DNA of 64,000 nt from Marsupella aquatica (GCA_973895155.1 OZ316897.1:11865832-11929831); one strand, 5' to 3'; shown: positions 40,632-54,279, counted from the stretch's first letter. Numbers and translations: made by a program. The notes: generated from the sequence alone by a model not told the origin.

Positions 40632-41101
40632 TAAGACCTCGACTCTGGGGTGTAACCAAATATTGGGGTGGGGATGGAAAATGGCAAAGGAACCGTGGGG
40701 TGAGTATTTTTTGTGACTAAAGATGGAATGCACTGTGAAGTAGATGGCTTGAATGCAAGTACCCTAACAAGCAACTGGTCAATATTGACATTGACATTTA
40801 AACCAGGACATTGAGGAATAGCTAGGGGTGCAATTGCCTGATAGAGCTGGCAAACTGGGAATGCATGTGAACTGCACTTTTTTTCCTCACTCTTATTCAC
40901 ATTCAAAGAGTGTATATTGGGGCTAATTAAGAAAATGAAGCTTGGATGGATCAAGCTAAGAGTCCCTGGTGGATTGTGCCCTGCCTGACAGTCATAGGGA
41001 GTCAGGCATAAAGTTGAACCGGGTCCATCTTTAATGTCATTTTGGATGTACTGAAGTCTAACTGGTCTTTAATGTCATTTTGGATGTACTTTCACTACAT
41101 C

Positions 41102-42926
41102 ATTCAGGGAGACGAGTCCCTGCATTGTCATTCAATGCACCTCTATTCTCTCCCAGAGCCCACCGGAATACTCTCTCCATTTTTTTTTGTCTCACTGCAG
41201 TTTCAGGCCAGCCCCATTTTTGGATCCAGGTTCAGTTTTGAGGAGGGCACAAATTTTTGAGGAGTTCTAATGCTTGACGTTTTTAACTTATTCAAAAATG
41301 ACATAAAACTATAATATCAATTTTTAAAATATCAATATATATTTTAAGATAAAATATTAAATATTAAATGGTAATGAGTATGGAGAATTGACGCATAGAA
41401 GTAGTGTGTGAACTAGTGGTATTGGAGGTCAGTTGAGACTACGAGGTGGTGTGTTCAAGGCACATGACAGGCAACTTTTCTTTTCTTTGATTGAGGGCAT
41501 GGAAAGGAATGAAAGTTAGAGGGGCGGGGGTGTCTAATTGTATTTGAAAATGAAAATGGTAAATGAAATATATATGAGGGGTTCAAGTAATTTTGGAGAT
41601 AGAAAAAATAACAAAGGAGACACCCATCAAAGCCAGGCATAAAAATTAAAATAATGTCCAAACAAATTGGACTTGGGGATATGAACCAAGGATGCGCCAT
41701 ATAGCAGCAACAGAAAAGTTGAGGAGACATGATCACATAAAAAACCATTTATCTCCTAAATCATTGATGGTAAGCACACATCTAATTGTATAAGAAGCAA
41801 AACTTTATTCATGAAATTTGTTTTCAAATCAATAGAAAACCTAGAAGCCAATTGCAGTCTACCACCCTACAATTAATCACTCAATCACATATCTTTTCTA
41901 CATACAAGGTTGGAAATAGTCTAAGTTGGCTACCCTGGAAAACAAGTCTACCAAAGGTGCTGTGCTTGACACATTTGTCAAGACACTCAAAGAATTAAGA
42001 CCCATGATTGCACCAATTCCTTGCAAGCTTTAAAAAACCTGTCAAGTGGAGCACACTTCTCAATCCTGGCCCTGTTGTCTTCTCTACCACACACTTTTGG
42101 ACTCGCTTCATAGGGGCCTTCTGCTGGGTTGGTTTTTGTGCCTTTTTCAAAGGGCTTTCTTTTGTCTTACTGGTTTCTCAGGTTGTTGCACAAGGCCTTT
42201 CTTCTCCTCTGAACACCACCTCTAATATTGTTTGCCTTTTGACTTCTACCTCTTTTGTTGGCTTCTCACGCTAACCTCTTTTGTTGGATTCTTCCTAAAA
42301 CTGAAAGCAACTACCCCACCAGGAACATGATTGGCACCTCACAACAATGGGCAGGTACAAGAAATTAACAAAATAGGTTAATTTATCTCCCTGGCTCTCA
42401 TGGTTGTTTCCTTTGTTATTTTTGCTATCTCCAAATTACTTGAAACCCCCATATATATCTCATTTACCATTTCCATTTTCAAATACAATTAGACACCCTC
42501 GCCCCCTCATTCCTTTCCATGCCCTCAATCAAAGAAAAGAAAAGTTGCCCATTGTGTGCCTTGAACACGCCACATCATAGTCTCAACTGACCTCCAATGC
42601 GACTAGGTCACCCACTACTTCTGTGCATCAATTCTCCATGCTCATTACCATTTAATCTTTTATAATTATTTTATATTTTATATTAACAAATATATTGATA
42701 TTTTTAAAATTGATATTATAGTTTTACATTATTTGTGAATAAGTTAAAACCATCAAACATTAGAATTCCTCAAAAATCTGTGTCCTCCTCAAAACTGAAC
42801 CGGGACCCAAAAATGGGGCTAGCCTGAAACTAAAGTGAGACACAAAAATGGAGAGAGTATTCCGGTGGACTATGGGGGAGAATCGAGGTGCATTGAATGA
42901 CAATGCAGGGACTCGTCTCCCTGAAT
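41102..42926. mobile_element. Foldback / non-autonomous MULE-like element with inverted arms of about 500 bp
   Basis: 41102 to about 41630 is the diverged reverse complement of about 42395 to 42926, beginning ATTCAGGGAGACGAGTCCCTGCATTGTCATTCAATGCACCTC. The true outer termini and TSD were not found. Confidence 0.8.
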
Positions 42927-43972
42927 CACAAAAATGAGGAGGGTCTTCCCGTGGGGTGTGGGGGAGAACCGAGGTGCATTGAATGACAAAACAGGGACTA
43001 GTCTCCATGAATTATCCAGAGCCATATGAAACCATTAACTAATGTTTAACATTAATTCAGATTTTTCTAATCTAATTAATTCATCAATCAATGCCTTTTC
43101 GCACATAAGAAGGGTTGGACATGCAATGTTCTGTGTCACGTGGCATGTGATCACAGGTTGGATTAATTTTCCATGCTGCAGTAAACCTAACTGTTGTGTG
43201 AACTGGATCATTCTGTATTGTTCACAGATTGGACTAATTTTAGTGCCATGGTAAACCTAATTTTTCTGTGTTCTGATTGTTTTGTGTTGTTCCTTCTACG
43301 TATCTGGTTGCTTTTTTTCTATGTGCAGTTGGGAGATGCCAGTTTATAGTGCTCTTGGCAAACCCTAGTGAAAAGGTATTGTCATTTGTTGATTTCAATA
43401 TTTATGATTACACCAGTTTGGGGAGCCTGTTGTTCTTGCAAAAGTGCTATTGTGATGGAAAGTATGCGGTTACAAAAAGTTGATTAATTATCAGGAAAAT
43501 TAAGCTTGGATGAACCTCTAAGTTTGCCAAAATGCTCCCCTGCATTTTGCATCTCAAATGGATCCCATCATAACCGATCCGTAAACTCATGACTTGGCTT
43601 GTCTTGAAAAACTGTGAAACATTTTTTTGCATCGATTCGGCTGCCAAAATATTTGCATGCATGCATTTCCTTTTTTTTGATACTGCTCTCGTCATGTCAT
43701 GCCACTTGTTGTCAAGAACGAGTCGCCAGTCAGGCCTGGTTAAACAAATTTCCGGAAAGGTTCAATTCTTGTGTAAAGATGCACGAAAGAGGCATCAAAT
43801 GACGCACAAGTATATGGAAAGGGCCACTTGGGATGAATACTTGGATTTGAGTTCGAATAGTATTTTGCTTCCATCCAAGTGGCCCTTATTCTTGTGCAAA
43901 GCAGGGTAGTTGCCCTGGTAGTTGTCCATTTGCTCATGACACACTGTAATTAAAGTATCAACAGCTTTCCTA

Positions 43973-44050
43973 CCTTCACAGAATCTTCACAAGATGTTCA
44001 CATGATCGTCACACCATCTTCACATGATCTTCACAAGATCTTCACATGAG
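43973..44050. repeat. 12-bp minisatellite
   Basis: About 6-7 copies of GATCTTCACA(A/T). Confidence 0.7.
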
Positions 44051-47000
44051 TTTTCTATCAGCAATTCTTCACAATTTGCAACAGTTCCCGACAAATGTAT
44101 TGCACAGCAGAGAAGGTGAAACCTTCAGACTGCTTGAAAGCTCCACATTTCTCTAGGCTCATTTTCAGATTGGAACAGCTCCATTACAGATTTGATTGAC
44201 CAAAAACTGCAGAAGCTAGCAATCAGAAGAGCCGTGAAGAATTCCTGAACAGCAGAGGGAAATGCTACCAATTACAAAATTTTAGTCGCTTCTTGATAAG
44301 TGACAAACATGCCCATATGTGCAATTTGAGATTCCAACTGAAAAGTAAATGAGGCTACCAAAGTGAGCTTCATCGTCGCCACACAGCAGAGGATAACCAG
44401 AAACCCAACTTCGTGAAAAGGACTTCAATAATTTGATACTGAAATATGTACTGGCCAGAGGAAGTGGCCAGACTTGCAGGAGTTCAGAAACTCTCTGGTC
44501 ATGCGGCACGCATGTAAATTAAAGATTGAAGATGACAGGAGAAAATGGCCAAACTGGAAAACCCTGTTTGGCCCAAAACACATTCATTCACAAGACATGC
44601 ACGATTCTTGAAAGGTAGCTCACCGCCTTATTCAAGTGGGCTGGACTGTCTTTCGAAGCATGGGTTAAGCATTTGTTCCTGAAGATTGACGCTAATCAAG
44701 TAGCGTTTCTAGTCTTTGGCCTAGCTCACCAGGCAAGATCACAATTTATAGTAGAAGGATGGTGAGGGTCGCAGTCCTTGCATCAGAATCTGACTGGGTT
44801 GTCCAATAACCAACACGTTGTACACGGTCCTTTCGTTAAAGAGAGATCTATATATCAATACTTGGTAGCCAAATTTGTATTGGTGAGGGGTCTATTTCGT
44901 TTTGCAAATGTAATTATTACCACCAGGTCACAATTTCCGTTTGAAGGTCTTGTTGGGTTGGAAGGTCATAACCACTACCGGTAGTCAGTGATCAATTTCT
45001 GAGAAATCGATCACTACCTGGTCACAATCCTGCATATTTGACAAGTACTGACAGCGAGCAAGACTTAATAGAATGAAACCTGCATCAGGGTCGCGATCTG
45101 GATTTCTCAAGAGATCGAATGAGAGATAAGTGATTTGGTAAGTAAGGTTGATTTTCTGCTTTGATGGTTCTACTACTAACAGTAAACCTGAGAAAGAGCT
45201 CAACATAACGTAACAAATGCTTCGTAAAGTGTTCGGTGTGTTAAAGAAGAGACCAAAGGTTTGGTAACCATTTCTTGCAAGCAACTGTGACCGCGTTCTA
45301 TCTCATCCCTACCAGTGCGCAATCAAATGGAAGCTAGGCTTATGGCGTGCAAACGTTTTTCAATCTATTGAGTGGTGGAGATGTTCTGATCATGAAAACG
45401 AGGATGAAATAGAAACCCGTAGTATTCTTGGTGAGCGACATATTTCATTCGAAGTAAGTGGTTACGTTTACTCGCACGAGCTACAAGATCTACAGTAGAG
45501 GAAACGTGCAATCTACTGTGGTGCCTGAAACGTTTACCGAGTGTTAGAATGATGATGCGAGCAGTCGTGTGGCAACAAGCTAAGTCGTAGAGAGCACAAC
45601 TACATATATCTCACACTGCCAAAAACAAAAAAGTCGCCCAAGGAGAAACAATGCCACAGGCAAACGACACAATACAGGGAAGCCCACAAGGAAGAACTCC
45701 ACAACTTGTTATCGAGATTCCAAGTCTGCTTCGAGGATAACTTATTAGTCATACTTCAAGGATAACTTACTCAGAGCCTGCACTAGATAGGATCACCTAC
45801 ATGTAATAAAGCTACTACAGGAATTGTCGTGGTGAGTCAAGAGGACTAGTACAAGCGATGACAGTAAGGAGATCCGTCATCGGCGGATCAATGGAGAATC
45901 ATGCTTCAAAAGTGTCGCCAGGTATGGGACTCTCCAACACTACAGTCGTCAAAGTAGAGGCGATTTCTCGAACGAAGGAATGAGAGCAGGATTTACTATT
46001 AAAAAAAGGCCATCTGAACAAATGTTCGCGCACCAGTGGAGCCTAGTGGCGAATCAAATTCTCGGGTAGACAAATATTTTAATTTCGTCCAATCGGAATG
46101 TATATTTGTGGGTCCAGTCCGTGACTATCTTACACCGCTGAACCCACTTTACAGGAATTCTACTGTCAAAGTTGTGGGACATGTGACCTGATCCAGGAAG
46201 GCCATGCCAAAAAGGTAATGATTCAGAGACATTTCTGTACATTGATTCATTTCAATCCAAAGTCAGATAGGAACTGAACAATTGTCTCTCGAAGTCAATC
46301 ATATGGAACGAGAAGATATTAAGCGATTCGGAATGGATTACTCAGCTGGGGTGCTATTTGGCCCGACAACATATGGACAGAATATGATTGTTCAACGAGC
46401 TTTAAAGAAAGAATAATTTGGTTAGGATACTGCCTGCATTTTGTAGTGTACTCTACATTAATGTCAGACCCTACGGCTATCCAAGACTTTGCTCCTCTGA
46501 AATTGGGACTTAGACGCACAAGGCATACACAGGCAAGTGCCACGGAATGTACAAAGTTCAACAAACATCAATCCTTCCACTGCAAAATAAAATCCCAACA
46601 ATCTGTCATCTTGGCTTTGTCGCTTTCAAATTATCAATTTCTTCCTTCTTTGACGAGGATTCAAGTACATCTTGCGCAGGCAGCTTCTCATTTATTCGCT
46701 CTAGTGGAGTAGCTAGGAGCCCAACCCGGGTGGAAAATAAATGCCCGAGCGGGTCAACTCTAAAACGGAAATACGTGTGGTTCAACCCATTTGTGGATCA
46801 GCATCGGCGAAATTCGAATACTAGCGCTAAGGAGGCCTCGTTGCTAACACATTCTAGCTAGAGGTCTCGTTTTTAACACATTCTAGCTAGGGGCAAGCTA
46901 TCTAAACCCACATTCTCCACATTAGTGGGCGGTCACAATTGAGAAATCGGTGAGGTGGATGTGATCGCTGTAGAGTGGATATAATATAATTTGATCTCTA

Positions 47001-48269
47001 TAATTATCTGTAGAGTAGCTGCAAACCCAGCTGGACGACTCATTCCTTCATCGTCTCGAATTGGATCGAACCACTGGGTGTATGTATGTCATGCGCAAAT
47101 CAACACTCATCACGTCTTCGACTGGTCCGTTGGTCATTGCTCGACGCCATTCAGTTCGGCTTTGTGGCTTGCCTTCAGCGGCAAATCGAGCGTCTCAACA
47201 GGGTAAGGTGGATGCCTAGTGATGAAGCGTTAACTTGAGCTCTTCTGCTTCATTGGAGAAGTGCTGCCCCTGCTAACTCGCTGCAAAATGACACCACCCT
47301 TCACGTCCCTCGGTGTGCAGCTCCATGGATCGCAATCAACCAAGCTGGCGTGCAGCTCTGGAAGCCGTAGAGATTCAAAATTTCAGCGCACTTATTTACT
47401 ACCCGGAACTGGGACCATTAAGACTAGCTTGAAGCTGCCGAGAGGCCACAACAGTAGACCAAGGTCCCGAAAACCCAGAGAAACATCACAACCTTCATCG
47501 CTGCCACAGAGCAAGCCATGATCGCCAACATTCTGCCCCAACTGCGTAGCTCCACCAACGTCGTAAGAAATCGCCGAACGATTCGACCTGTGCTTCGCAC
47601 TTTCGCGCAAGACTCTCGAACTAAAATCAAAAGACTAACCCACAGCCTGATTTGTAGATCCGTCACGAACGAGTAGAACGCGTCCAATTTAAGCGAACTC
47701 CACGACACTCCACCCAAGATCAAAGCAATCCCGAGCTCCCGTCGCTTCCAAGTCAAAATTCTATCAATCAGCACAATGTCGGCTGGACTACCTGAAACTG
47801 TCCACTCCAAACGTGTATCAATCAATCCTCGATCTTACTCTCCACGTTAGAGAGAATGAACGAATGAGCTTCAATCAATGCTCAAGAGAATGAGGCCTCA
47901 AAGAACCAGAAGCGCTCTCGATTCTCTCTTTGTGGCGGAGGATCGAAGGCAAGCGACCGATTTCAGGTGCGCGAGCCTGTCCCGAAGACTCCGAACTATG
48001 ACAAAGCGAATGAGGCAGCTCGTTCCAATCACGGCCGAATATATACTCCGATCTAAACACGTGCTGAGGCGATCGATTCAATATTATTCGGTTATTCCGC
48101 GCCTGCGGAAACTTTCTCTCGCACTTGCTCCTGTGCTTACATCACCACCCAGTCATCTCAACATCTCATCCACGAGAACGCGTCGGTTTAGATTCGGAGC
48201 CGTCATGACAAAACTCGTTCACTCGTGGAAACTCGAGACGTTTTTAGCGGTCTTTTGCGCCGACGGAGG

Positions 48270-48390
48270 CGATTCTTTTTCCCCGGTTTCTTTTTTTCTT
48301 TTTCCCCGGTTTCTTTTTTCTTTTTCCCCGGTTTCTTTTTTCTTTTTCCCCAGTTTCTTTTTCTTTTTCCCCGTTTTCTTTTTCTTTCCA
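48270..48390. repeat. T-rich low-complexity tandem repeat
   Basis: Repeated TTTTCCCCGGTTTCTTTTT units. Confidence 0.8.
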
Positions 48391-48480
48391 ACTGTCGAAC
48401 TAAAAATAGCAAAGAAATCAGTGCTAGGATGGACCGCTCTCATGAAATTGGAAACCCCCATGGACCAGGCTGCTGTTGAG

Positions 48481-48757
48481 GGATTTGCTTGATGGACCCC
48501 ACAATGAAAAGTGTTACTTGAGAGGACCCGTGAATGATTGGAACTTAAATGAAAAGTGTTACTTGAGAGGACCTGTGAGTGATTGGACTTAAATGAAAAG
48601 TGTTACTTGAGAGGACCTGTGAGTGATCGGGACTTAAATGGAAAGTGTTACTTGAGAGGACCCGCGAGTGATCGGGACTTTGAAGGGAAACGGACCCAAA
48701 ACTTTAGGGATCCTTTCGAGTAACACATTTCATTTTGGGGTACCATCAAGCAAATCC
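48481..48757. mobile_element. MITE with about 46-bp TIRs and an internal 45-bp tandem array
   Basis: GGATTTGCTTGATGG.ACCCCA.AATGAAA.GTGTTACT is inverted at both ends. Four copies of AATGAAAAGTGTTACTTGAGAGGACC.GTGAGTGAT.GG.ACTT lie inside. Confidence 0.8.
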
Positions 48758-49754
48758 TGTGGTTAGTGTTTGACTAGGAAAGTATGGATGAGTTTACAAA
48801 GACAAGGTGTTATCTGAGTACTAAAAAGGTTGAAGAAACTTTAAGTCATTGTAACTCAATATGTTAGCAGTCTTTGCTGCCGACCTAGCACGATTCAGCA
48901 GGGTTTCTGTTGCCCATTTCTTTTTGTTTTGAGCTGTGAACTATGTAACAATGAAAAAAAATTGCTGGGCTGGACTGCTTTCATAAAATTGGAAACCTGG
49001 ATGGAGCAAGTTAGTGTTTTGACCAGAAAAGTATGGATGGATTTACAAAGAAATGCTGGTATCTGAGTACAACAAAGCTTATTCTGCCATCCATCTGGGT
49101 TGCAGTGGTCCATCCAGGCATATTGTGAAATATTGAGGTCCAAGGAGGCGTCAGTTTGTACCAAGAAAGTAACGCTCAGATGGGCCACTCCCACAAACCT
49201 TGGCAACGCAGATAGACAAGTATGAATTGTTTTACAAAGCAAAGTGCTCTCTTGAAAACCAACAAAAATGTGGGATGAGTTGTAAAAGACAAAAGGGACC
49301 CCCTTTCTTTCCCCTTTCCTTCCATGTAGTCTGGGCATGTTGTCAAGTGTTTAGGTACACGAACCTGAATGCATATTCTTTGAAAGTCAAAGTGTGCATG
49401 ATTATCATTTGGCATATATCATATTCTCTTTCTTTCCATGCACATAGCTGGCCCTAGCCTCAAGTCTAGAGGCTTCACTCTAGAAACCTACACCCTAATT
49501 TTAGCTTCTGTGCACACTTTATAAGTAAGATGAGTGCTTCAGTTTCTATGACAAAAGAAGGTAGGAAAGGACTTCAACATTCTAGTCCACAAGATGATAA
49601 AGGGGCCTAGTTAAGTCCGTTTCTGACCACCAGTTTCCTGGGTGTGGAAATAAGTGGGTCACAAAGGTCTTCTACTGACGAAGAGTGTTGAGAATGCAAT
49701 GATAGGCTTTTTCTTATGGTGACGACAATGATGTGAAGATGGCTTTTTTTTCGT

Positions 49755-50200
49755 ATGGCTGCTGGATTACCTGGATAGAAATGGGCCTACCTGACAGTGG
49801 CCCCACGTGCAGGCTAGCAAGGTTCTCATAATTACACTTCGTCGTGAGTGCTTAGAGTATCTTTGGGTTGGGTTACAGGTTGACACCACCCTGTTTTTAG
49901 TTTGTCGTAACTAGTGGTTCTAATATGACTGCTGGATAGAGTGGGGCTGTGGCCTGTGGGTCCTACGTGATGACTGGCAGGGTTCACATAATTACACTGG
50001 TTCATGAGTGCTTAGAGTATCTCTGGGCTGGGTTACAGTTTGACACCACCCTATTTTTAGTTTGTCATAAGTACTGGTTATAATATGGCTGCTGGATAGT
50101 GAGGGCCTGTGGGTCCTGGGTCTTCGCTTGCATGTTTCACACAATTACACGAAGACCTTAGAGTAGCTCTGGGGTTTTTAGGTTTATTGTAAGTAGTGGT
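49755..50200. repeat. About 165-bp tandem repeat, about 2.7 copies
   Basis: TATG(G/A)CTGCTGGAT recurs three times. GAGTGCTTAGAGTATCT.TGGG.TGGGTTACAG.TTGACACCACCCT recurs twice. Confidence 0.75.
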
Positions 50201-50440
50201 CATTGTAAGTAGTGGCCATTTGATTTCTCTAGATGTAAAGCGAACTGTTAGATCTGGTGAATAACCCTCTTAGCTAGATCAAGATTTGGGAAATTTTGGG
50301 GAAATATCTGTTTTTTCCTTTGTATTGGGTTGCCAAAGCATTTTCAAGGTACTAAGATTTTGGTCACCCTGATTGAGAAAAAAGGCTGCTCCCAAAGATT
50401 CACCCTAATACCAGCCTAGAACTCCATCCCTGGGATTTGG

Positions 50441-50734
50441 TGTTGGGGATAATCCTTATCCCGAGACACCATGCACATGTGAACACCATACAAAGTAGTT
50501 GACACAGCGAGTACGTGATTCACCTCAAGACTGAGGCTACGTCCACAGGAAACAAGAGACCTTACTTCTCTCTTGCTCCACTCCAACAATGAACTACAGA
50601 TCCACCAAGGGCTGGCATCAGTCTTGGTTATATATATACAGCATACATCACTGCTAACCTAAGCTAAGTCCTAACCTGAGTTAGATTAACTTCGGTTAGC
50701 CTTAGAATCACAAGACTAAGAGCAATACTCAACA
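50441..50734 (-). mobile_element. Solo LTR (294 bp)
   Basis: TGTTG...CAACA ends and a perfect 5-bp TSD TTTGG (50436-50440, 50735-50739). Similar to the LTR at 805-1136, which gives the orientation. Confidence 0.92.
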
Positions 50735-51262
50735 TTTGGAGCTTTGTGGGATTTTTCAATTCAAGTTTTTTGGTACCAATGTATAGAGGGGGGGTCCCAT
50801 ATCTCCGCATATATTTTTTGGTAATAAACGCCTTAAAATTAGTTTTACTTACAGTATCTTTTGGTATTTGGCATAAAACCCTGTCTTTACTAATAACACT
50901 CAAAATTGGATTAAACCCTAACATTTTCCACTAAATTTTAAGTCTTCCACTAACCCATAAAAAACCCCAATTGTTATTCACATGTGAAAGGTTTGAAAGA
51001 AAATAAATGAGGGCCCCAGGATAAGCTTTCTTTATAAAATGATTCCATACGTAGCAAGGGTGTCGTGTACAAACATTTTTCACTTGGCCTAATGGAAGTA
51101 AAACAAGCTATATGAGCTTGGTGATTGAGGGAGGAGAACGAATCTTTCCATATCAGTTTACAATGGCACAATCGAGAAAACAATATTCTTCAATTTCTTT
51201 ACAAAGGGGAAATCCATATTAGTTGTAGTTGCCAAATTTGCAACCATGATTGTTCCAGTAAT

Positions 51263-51410
51263 GCCCAAGCAGGCATGGTTGTGTGGTAGTTCAATTGAGT
51301 AGCTCAATTGAGTAGGGAATCATACAGTAGGTCTTGAGTTCCAATGTTATGACTGGCTTTGCATCCCTTTTGGTAGGGTTTCATGGGACTTCCCCTTTAA
51401 AAAAAAAAAC
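51263..51410 (+). mobile_element. SINE-like retroposon, probably tRNA-derived
   Basis: 16-bp TSD TGATTGTTC(C/T)AGTAAT at 51247-51262 and 51411-51426, a poly(A) tail, and degenerate A/B-box-like motifs (TAGCTCAATTG, GAGTTCCAAT). Confidence 0.82.
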
Positions 51411-51871
51411 TGATTGTTCTAGTAATTGTAACGTTTGTCCAACATCCCTTTACTCAGACTCCCATTGAGTATATGTCGGTCATCTAGACATTCGAAGAGT
51501 TTCTGCCATAGGATTTCTTGCTGGAGGACTAAGTTCTCGTTGAGATGTGCTTTAGAGGTGTAATTGGAGAAAAGGCTCAAAAATTCTTGGAGAACCTTTT
51601 CGGGAAAACAACCAAATCACAATAAAAAAGGGGTCTTGCCCCTAACCTGCCACTGTTCATTAGCTCTCCCACACACTTTCCATCATAGGACCCTTCACCC
51701 TAAAAACGTGTTTTTTGTGATTTATCACCAAACTACTTATAAATGCAGTTTTCTGTGAAACGTATAGTAGACGCTTTAAGCAGCGTATGATGTTGATTCT
51801 AAAACATTCCCAAAAGCACAATATGCTTTTTGGTATCCACGATTTTAGTCTGTGAAATATATATATGGATA

Positions 51872-52318
51872 TCTTATTATAAAAGCACCAACTAAAGTCT
51901 ACTTGTGAAGAGCCTAGGTCTAGAGTGAAGCCTATAGACGTAACTCTATGGTCATCATACTCTATAGTCATCATGTGTATGTGAAAAACTCATATAAATG
52001 TGCATACAAAAAGAATAATATACACATAAAGAAGAATGGTATATTATATATGATATTGAAATGATAATTTTTTTTCTTCATTTTATTAACCTTCAAAGAA
52101 TATGGCCATCATGTGCATACGAAAAACTCATATGGATGGATATGCATACAAAACGAAGGATCTGCACATAAAGGATAATGATATATTATATATGATTATT
52201 AAAGTGATGATTTACCTTCAAAGAATATGAATAGAGAATATATTTTGATGAAATTTTTATTGTCCTCTCTACTATTCACGTCTCGATTCACGTTCAAAGA
52301 ACGGGTAGTCGGGGCTAG
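51872..52318 (+). mobile_element. Non-autonomous mini-Helitron
   Basis: 5' end A|TCTTATTATAAAA. 3' hairpin CGTTC-AAA-GAACG (52291-52303) followed by CTAG|T. No TSD. Internal duplication of about 100 bp. Confidence 0.72.
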
Positions 52319-54279
52319 TATATAAGACTACCAAAGTACAAAAAGCATCATACCCTGAGAAAGTACCTCAAATACAATAAATCCAATAAGGGGGGGGGGG
52401 AGGTGCGACCCAGGATGACCAAAGTATTAAAAAGCCCCAAGTCCCCCACCCGGTCCCCCAACAACTACAAAAGATTTAAGTCCCTTGTATTGAGCAACAA
52501 ACTGGAAAACCTGGTAGAGCTTTGGAGTAAAATGCATAGGACACCCGCTGCTCTGGCTCGATAATTACAACAAGTTTCCTGGAGTATTTTATAATTACAT
52601 TTTATTCCGACATTGTTATATGGTGAACCACATGCAGTTACGTTTTATTTTCCATGTTTTTTTAGCATAAATTAGAGTTTTAATGTACCCTTACAATAAG
52701 ACACTTATCAGAATAGTTACCTGGCCTATGGATGATTTTCAAACCCTTTTTGCCAAAAAAATAATCCTTGCTTTTGATTTAATTTTTTACTCCTTTGAGG
52801 AAAATGTAAGGTTAGATAACCCCAATCCCCAACAACCTCGGGAATGACAATTGTACGTTTTCACACAGACCAGATCAGTGCAATGGCAGAAATTTTGCCG
52901 AGACATAAGTATTGCAATTGCTTTTTTCGCAAAGCCTTCCAACTCAGTTTGTTTTCAGTCTTTAAGATGCCCAAGCACTTAACACTCTGTCAGGGAATTG
53001 AACCCTGATTTGTCCAGTGAACACTGGACAGCCTTCCAAGCAGAGTAAACCCATCTAAACCCACCACTCTCTACAAATGTACAAATCATTGGCAAGAACA
53101 CTTAGGGAGGCTGAGCTCTGCACACCCTCTTGAAGACAAGGACAATACACAGCCAGGAGTAAAAAACTAGCACAACACACTGACCATGTGTAGAGCCAAC
53201 GATGAGGTCAGACAGGATCTCCATTCAAGATTTAGCCATCTAAACTAGAAGAGAAAAAAGAGGGGTAAAAGAGAAAAAAGAGGGGGAAAAGAGAAAAAAA
53301 AAAAGATTGAAAATTTGACGAAAGTATGCAGTTCCGCAAAAAGAACCCAATTAAAAAGGAAACAAAAAGACCTTTAGCTAAAGATGCTATACTGGGTTCA
53401 CTGGTCAATTCTAGAGGCAGCAATTTATCACGTGCACAATAGGCTAGGTATCACACTGCCAAAGAATAATCAGTTGGTGCACCCCATGTTGGACCTGTGG
53501 TGATGGCTATTTTGGAATAGTGAACACACACAAAAAAAATACAACAATGATGTGAATTGGGAAGAATAGGACGTCATACATAAAGTTGGAAAGGTAGCAG
53601 TTTATGGAAAAGGTGGAATAGGAAAATATATACAAAAATTACTCACCCATTAAGAATAGCCGGAGCAAATGTTTGCTCCAACATATCCATTGAAAACATT
53701 TTGTCATGTGACTTACATGGAACTCATTATGTACACGGAAAGTCTAGTGATGATACATTTTTTCAGTGACTCATAGAGGTGTCAGCACATTGGTTAACAA
53801 AGTTGTTTATTGTTGTTTGCCTCTTACGCAGCCTTTCCCTTGTGATCCATTCAAGCTGCCTTCTATTCATTCGATGTGGATAAAAGTGAATCCGCCAAGT
53901 TGTTTATGTATATTAGCAGCATTTGGTTTCTTTTTCCTCCCCCACTCCCACCCCAGTTTTCCCTTCTCTTTAGTCTAATTTGTCAATCATCAACATCTAC
54001 ATCCATCGTTCTTAGACATTCAGTAGCTAATTTGTGTGGTTATTCTGTTGACCTGTTGTTTGTGGTTATATGGGCATTTTTTTTACGGGTCACGGGTCCA
54101 ATCATTTTTGTAGTCAAACGCACATGGTCATGTTGTTGTATTGCCACAAAGATAGGCCTCCCTGTTTGTATCAAGAAATGTGAGAGTTGCTGCTTGTGGA
54201 GCCCAGGAATGTGAAAAGCACTTCTCATGGGGTTTCCTTAAAAGTGCTCTACCAGGAGACACTTACCTATCCCAAAGGC

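Noticed and set aside
43447-43937. Possible Myb/SANT-like fragment (LDNKWHDM) on the minus strand
   Set aside because: Too short and broken to support a call.
47060-47080. GGTTCGATCC B-box suggesting a tRNA
   Set aside because: No cloverleaf or A-box around it.
47878-48492. 204-aa Phe-rich ORF and Lys-rich antisense ORFs
   Set aside because: Produced by the T-rich low-complexity repeat, which lacks stop codons.
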